Origin: Podarcis melisellensis
Taxonomy: Eukaryota
Strand: one strand, 5' to 3'
Length of the DNA stretch: 64,000 nucleotides
NCBI GenBank assembly: GCA_964234715.1
Contig: OZ174278.1
The notes under the pieces: generated by a model
Databases searched by the model: none
The model's input: only the letters and a program-made list of their open reading frames with translations
Told to the model about the DNA's origin: nothing
Program-made: the position numbers and the translations under genes
Shown: positions 57,590 to 64,000 of the stretch, piece by piece
Layout of the letters: the number at the start of each line of letters is the position of its first letter
Position numbering within the stretch: the stretch's first letter is position 1

Positions 57590-57900
57590 AGGAGTGAGAC
57601 CCTGTCAGCATATTACACCTCTGCTCAGAGATCTGTACTGGCTGCTGGTTTGTTACTAGGTCAAATTCAAGGTGTTATTATTAGTATATAAAGCCTTCAA
57701 CAGCTTGGGACCAGTTTGCTTGAAGGATCGCCTTACCCCATCTACGCCCATTTGACGGCTTCGATCTGAGGAGCTGGCACTTCTACAAGTGCCACATAAT
57801 AACCATTCTGCACCTACACTCTGAAACGCCCTGCCAATTAATATTAGGCAAGTGCCATCACCATGTTGTTTTCAGCACCTGCAACAGACATTTTTGTTTT
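57590..57900 (+). mobile_element. L2-clade LINE 3' fragment
   Basis: HITPLLRDLYWLLVCY*VKFKVLLLVYKAFNSLGP, homologous to the 11.7-kb fragment. Confidence 0.7.
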
Positions 57901-58114
57901 GGCAAGTCTGCCAAGGCATGCAACTTTAACATGTCATTTTATTATAAACCCTAAACAACATAGGCCCCAAATATCTGAAAGATACTTCCAGCTCTACAGA
58001 TCCTCTTGGGTGTCAAGAGAGGGCCCTTTTGGTTCCACCACCCCTCTGCAGTCTTGTGTGTTTTTTCAAGAAGAGGACATTTCTTGAGAACATTTTCAAG
58101 GAGAGGACATTCCG

Positions 58115-58640
58115 TTATGATTTACAGTATCAAAGGCCTTAGGTCAATAAACACCATATACAGGAATTGGGTTTGCTCTCTGCATTTTTCTTGACGCTGT
58201 CGAGCAGTGAAAATCATACCCACTGCCCCCCCCAAGAAGGTCGAAAACCAGGATTCAGGAAGGGTGTCCTCAGATATAGTTAGGAGAAGGTTTGCTAAGA
58301 TCCTTCAAGAATTTTGCTGGCTGCAGCTAATAAAGAGATGCCTCAATATTTCCGCAATACATTTTATCACCTTTTTTTAAAAAAATCATTGATAATTTTG
58401 GCATCCCTAAAGTCTGCTAGGATCTCTTCTCCCAGATTTTTCTGATGAGCTTCTGTGAAGTAAAACCAATTCTGCCCACTTTGAAGACTTTGGCAGGTAT
58501 CCCATCAGGTCCGCTGACTTTTTTGTTTTTCATTTGGTTAATAGCAGTACACAACTCTCCCAGATTTGGAGATATTGCAAGCTCATGTCTAATTTGTTTT
58601 TGCAGGGCCACCGTTTTTATCTGTAAGCTGCCTTGAGTCC
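58115..58640 (-). mobile_element. RTE/BovB-clade LINE reverse-transcriptase fragment (disrupted)
   Basis: Minus-strand peptides KVSGPDGIPAKVFK, MIFTARQRQEKCREQ and LYMVFIDL..AFDTVN, with frameshifts. Confidence 0.8.
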
Positions 58641-59403
58641 TTGGCAGGGAAAAAGGTAGAGAACAGCTGCCTGGATACTTGTGGAGCGACAAGAGAAACA
58701 CGAGAACAGTGATGACTAGATGCTCATTGTGGGCAGGTGGCGCTGTTACGTGAGTGAATATGGGGAAGAGTGTCATATCACCTAGGGATTCTTACAGTCC
58801 GCATATCTCATCTTTGTCCTTCCTCTCCCAAAGGAAAGCTCCCAGGGTCTCCATTCCAGCTGCACCAGTTGTAGAACACACAAGTAGCCATTTGCAACAT
58901 TACTCATCTTTTCTACAGTAGGGAGTTGCTCTGTAGTTTCAGTTTGTTCTGTTCCATATGCCCTGGTTCATATCCTACACGCATGAGCGTCGTGACTGTT
59001 TGGCCAGCAGCGGCAATACCCAAAGACGAGTCTGCTATTGTGCTCCTCGTTGCTTTCCCTGGGATGTAGTGGAAGTTTGTTTGCAATGGGGTTATAGCAG
59101 CCACCAGGGCCTCTGTTTTTACACAGTACAGATTTACCCTATATCCCATTGTACAAGGAATACTCCTGCGGCCTCGCAGATAAGGTAGTGATGTTAAGCC
59201 AATCCACATTTTGTCCCTATTCTGGTGGGAGATACTATGTGGCCTTGAGTGCTTTCCACGTCTTTCTTTCCTTGGGGGAGTTGGAGTAAGTGCAGGTGCC
59301 ATACTTTGAGGCATGGTCTCCCCTTCCATGCTTACCTGTGTGTCATGGGAGGGTGCCTTGTTCTTAGACCACCATTTGCAGGAGTGGAGATTTTTAATGG
59401 GTA

Positions 59404-59625
59404 CAGTAATACCTCCATGATCGTCCGCTTTGTCTAGCATCCATTCTGGCGAATGTCCACGGTAAACCCGGAAATACCGGAATGGGTTACTTCCGGATTT
59501 GTTGCTTGTGCACGTACAGAAGTGCAAACCGCTCCGTGCACAGACGCGGCACTTTGCCCTGCGTCCTTTTCAGCTAGCGTCCGGGGCTCCGGAACGGATC
59601 CCAGCCGCAAAACAAGGTATTAGTG
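59404..59625. mobile_element. Tc1/mariner-type MITE, degenerate
   Basis: TA|CAGTAATACCT ... AGGTATTAGTG; interior related to 15714-15925 in reverse orientation. Confidence 0.65.
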
Positions 59626-60989
59626 TCCTGACATGTGCTCACAGCAGCCTAAAGAACAAAAGATGAACAGAATCTGGGCCATAACTAGGATAGTCATGTT
59701 TACAGACATTGGACTTTACATGTTGGCCTTTGGCAATCCAATATGTGGCTGTGTGCTAGGACAGGCTTGCCTGCATGTAGGCTCTGAACCATTCCCTGCA
59801 CCATTCTACTTTTTGTAACAGCATTTTAAGTTAACCAGTGTGTTTTACAATCTTCTTATCCTTACGATGACATTGTCAAGCAGATCATAGTGCTGCTTGA
59901 ACGTTATAACAAAACAAACAGCACTAGTCTCTTAAAAATACAGTGGCATGAACTGTCTTGGGCTAGACTCCACTTCACTAGATGCATCATTCTTAGTAAC
60001 CCACAAAAGCATATTGTTACACTTGCCAGCTTTAAACTGCTGCTGGACTGTTGTCTTATTTCTGGTGTAAGCCATGGCTAGCTGGCTACCTCTTTGATTA
60101 AAAGTGTGCCAGAGTTGTGTACTCAGTATCATACAATGAGCCATATTCTGATGGGCTGGTTTTTTTTTTTTTTAAAGGTATAAGACAAGGCTCTTGCCAG
60201 TTGGATTACTGAGAAGGAAAATGTGCTGCCAATATTGTGCCCAATCAAAATGTGACACAACCTAAGTATTTTAAGTTGTATAAGAGGAGACACAATTAAG
60301 AATAATGAGCCTCAGAAATGAATGAATAGCATGAGCATGTACAAGAGTGTGCTTGCTTCCCCAACATGGAATTTGTTTGTATTTACCGTAATAACTTCAG
60401 CCTAAGCCCTTAGTCAGCTATGTGATACATGGAATCACTTTTTTTTACCAAAATGCCAAGGGGGAAAAAGAAAAAAAAAAAGACAAAAGTTGATTTTACA
60501 GCAACAAATAATTATTATTGTATTGCTAAGGCGGGGGGGCGGGGCGGGAATCAGGAATCAGCTACATTGGCAAAGGAAAAGCGCTTTATACGGGTTGTTT
60601 ATCCTTTCTAACACTGTGACACCAGGTGGCGCTGTGGAGTTCTGTTTTTGCCAGCCCGATTTCTCATACAAAGTTTAGAACGCGTTTATGAAATGCTTCT
60701 TTGATGTGTCTCAATCCAGCCTCAGTGTCTTACGTGTTCCAGTTCCCTAGAACAGCTCCAGTCTAGGTTTCACCAAAAACATGGGAAGCTAGGCTCTCTG
60801 GCAGATTTTTGGTGGGCTATATCACACCTAATGATAGAGTTTGTGATTTGGTCACCATCATTTGTACATCTTACAATCACCACCATCGAGTTCTGCAATC
60901 CATCTGCCCAACGGCAGTTTGTACACGTACACAATAAATGTACCTAGGTCCAATCAAGCTATAAATACGAGCACACGCCCTTTCTCAGG

Positions 60990-61337
60990 TGGAACGGGCG
61001 GAGAGAGGCAGCGGCTGTTGGGACTCACATGCTAAAGCCAGGCACCTCGGTGGGCTAGCGCCAGTCGCAGCAGACTGGCTGCATCTCCTGTTCCTCCTCT
61101 TAGCAGACCTTGCTCTCTCATCCCTCCCTTCCTCCTCCTCGCCGCCTTCTGGCTCCCTCTCAGGGACCCCCTTGCCGTGCCGCCATCTTGGGAGCCGGCC
61201 CAGCCGAAACCAGGCAACATCCGGGGACAAGCCTGCTCTGAGCCAATTTTTGTAAGGTCGCGAATATAAGCCGCACTTTAACTTTTCACGGTCAGAATTT
61301 GGGGGAAAAAGTGAGGCTTATATTCAGGCCAATACGG
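60990..61337. mobile_element. Tc1/mariner-type MITE fragment (right end intact, left end unclear)
   Basis: Ends gcttatattcaggccaatacgg|TA, like the CCGTAT-TIR family; GC-rich interior. Confidence 0.55.
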
Positions 61338-62235
61338 TATTTTTATATGACATTCTTGTTTCAAAGCATCAACCTTAAACCAACTTCCTACTGTGCACCT
61401 GTATTACCAAGTTTCCAGGCTCACACCATCCATTACTGGTCAAAAAGAAATATACGTCCCGGCACATCTCTCCTTTCCTCTCAGCATAATTACCCTGTGA
61501 CTTCCATCAGCTGTTAATGAGGGTTAGTTGTTGTAGAATTGACAGATTAGCATTTTAAAAAAATAACTTGAATTCTCAATCTCCCAGTCATCAAACAAAA
61601 ATGGTATAATTGTGGTAACAACATTTATTTTTTATTTTATTTTTTACAAACAAGAGACTCACAGTATTTCCAGTGGTGTTCATTCACACAAACACGCAGG
61701 CCAGTGAAATGAAATGAGATAAGGGAACAGCAAGGCAGCGGAGGGAAAGAAACACGAGGGCTTGGCTCTGCTGCTGTGTAGGTGTGGCCTTGGAAATGAG
61801 CTCGGACCATGTTCGGAGCAGATTTGTGCTTCTGATAGGTCTACCATGGCAGCAGCCCTGTTAATATTACATATGCCACGGCTGAATTGCCATTATGAGA
61901 AGAGGAAGAAGGGAGAACTTGCGAAGCTAGGGCCAAGGAGCTTGCAGTTCTAGTAACATACAAATTTATCACCTGGCGTCAAGATGTCGCCAAATCCCTT
62001 GCAACTTATCAAATGGCATTTGATCTCTCCTGAGAGCTTGCAGTTCTTCGCATCTCTGCAATTGATTGAAGGCAATTCCGAGGAGAACACCATGCACCAA
62101 CAATACAGAGGCCAATTGTATGCCTTGTGTCCCTTCCAGGAATGATCTATTCAGCATGTACATAACAGCCTCCTGGCAGTGGCTGTCAGGAGTTCTTTTA
62201 TGAAGGTTTGCCAAGAAAGGAACAATATCACATAC

Positions 62236-62414
62236 CAGGGCAGCTTGTTGGCAAAACGGAAGGGGCTGCCTTGCCATGCCGCCACCATCTACCTACTCCT
62301 GCTGCTGCTGCATCTGCTACTGGACCAAAATCAGTGCCAATGGTGGGGCACCCATGGAGGCTTCTGCTGCCTGAAGCAGTCGTGTCATCCAGCCCTACGG
62401 CTGGGCCAGCTCTG
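62236..62414. mobile_element. Degenerate hAT MITE
   Basis: Imperfect TIRs CAGGGCAGC / GCCAGCTCTG; 7/8 TSD match TCACATAC / CCACATAC. Confidence 0.55.
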
Positions 62415-63268
62415 CCACATACCATTTCAACAGATTTCACTTCTTCCCCCCTGCCTGTCCTGTCAGTAGCTTCCTTGAACAAGGAGGAACTTTCCAAAAG
62501 AAAGGCCCCAGTAACCCCCCCATTTCAGCTTCCAGTGGAAAATGAGAGGTCTTTGCATAAGGATCCTTGGTACCATGTATTCTATTATCTAGATGTGTAG
62601 ATCATCCAGCACTTTTTATTGTTATTTTCTTACTGATGTTTTATTGATCCTGCAATAATCTATGTTGTTCGCAGGCTTAATAAAAGTGTGGTGTATGCAC
62701 ATCTAAATAAATAATCACAGTAATCCCTGGGTAGTTTCCAGAATATCATAAAAATAACAGCAGTTGCAAAAATACACGCCAGTTAAACCAACAATTAAAA
62801 GTATATTTTAAAGAAGCACAGAACAGTCTAAAACCCTGCAATTTTTTTTTTTTTGAAGTCTCACTGGTTCTCTCCAAATGCCTGAGAGAGCAAGAATGTT
62901 TGGGGTTGGTGTCAGAAGAGCTTCTGCAAGTAATTTGAGACTATGCTGAGCTTGATGGATCAGTGTTTTGACTCAGGATAAGGCAGCTACCCAGGTTCTT
63001 TGTATGCAGACGTTATACAATAATTTCTGTTTGTTTTTATTTTTTCTCTAACAGAAACATGCCAGGTCAATTGTCATGTCAATCAATGTCAAAATGCATA
63101 AAGTATGAGACAGATTCAACTAACATATCCCACTACTAGAAGCCTGCACAAGGACATCCTGTTATGCAATAGGATCCTACTCAGAGTAAATCCATTGAAA
63201 TCAATGAGCATGACTAACTTATCCCTTTAAATTTCAGTGGGCCTACTCCAAGGAGGACTTGCATTGGC

Positions 63269-63317
<49 letters not shown>
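63269..63317. repeat. (AAT)n microsatellite
   Basis: About 16 AAT units; abuts a retroposon 3' tail remnant similar to 17890-17945 in reverse orientation. Confidence 0.95.
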
Positions 63318-63320
<3 letters not shown>

Positions 63321-64000
63321 TTGATATTTATACCCCACCCATCTTGGCTGGGCTTCCCCTCTTACAACTCATCATTGACGGTTTTTACAATGCTACATGG
63401 GTGCATGGACCATTCTAATTTAGGATCATAATTCTACATCAAGCAAATACAAACTAAAATTATTTGTGGGAGAGAAAGGAAGTGTTAGTATTTTTTCATT
63501 TTGGTTAAAATAGTGCTATACCATCATTTTCTAAATGCATGGGAAAGTATGCAAAATATTCAGATGTACTGTATACATTTCCCCCTTTAAAAAAAATGTA
63601 AGAAGATTCAGCTGGGTGGAAGGCAAGCAGAGAAATCATTGGGTGGTAGCCAAAAAGCCATTTTTGAAGTAGGTACTGGAGAAGACAAAGTGGCTAAAAA
63701 AAATGATCTCATTGGGGTGGCATATTTTAAAATTTATAAACTAAAACTGCAATAGAAGCTATAAGAGCAATGCATGCATTTGCCAAATAGTTCTGTCCTT
63801 TTAAGATGCATTTTTAATGCATGCATATTCCATGGCAACCTTATGGAAATCTCAGCAAACGTTCCAAATATAGCGTTTACCCAATTCATCCTAAGGGTTT
63901 GTTTTTAAGTTGCCTTGTTTTTCCCTTCTTTATTTCCTTCTGGACCTCCCAAACACTTTAATGACAGCATTGATTTCATGGCACCTTCCCTGGAGGTTTA

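Noticed and set aside
58913-59527. 204-aa minus-strand ORF
   Set aside because: Spans a MITE and sequence adjoining a disrupted RTE fragment; no coherent domain

Overview
Vertebrate genomic DNA, almost certainly a squamate reptile (Sauria SINE and other lizard-type repeats; probably a lacertid). The + strand carries the last 38 coding exons of the deubiquitinase USP9X (280-37505; equivalent to human exons 8-45, numbered from my recollection of the human gene). All its introns are GT-AG, the Cys and His boxes are intact, and a long 3' UTR follows with a 188-N assembly gap. Convergent on the - strand is a complete RPL8 gene: a 5'TOP non-coding exon 1 in a CpG island, then five coding exons totalling 774 nt/257 aa, with one GC-AG intron. 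Introns and intergenic DNA hold many hAT and Tc1/mariner MITEs, SINEs, and CR1/L2/RTE fragments. The best novel candidate is an 8/11-nt microexon in the last USP9X intron whose inclusion would create a TGA across the final junction and remove the last 44 residues without triggering junction-dependent NMD. Other points of interest are the USP9X-RPL8 adjacency, a MITE carrying a CTCF motif, a MITE containing TTAGGG repeats, and MITEs bearing the ZNF143/THAP11 motif. No prokaryotic-type systems are present.
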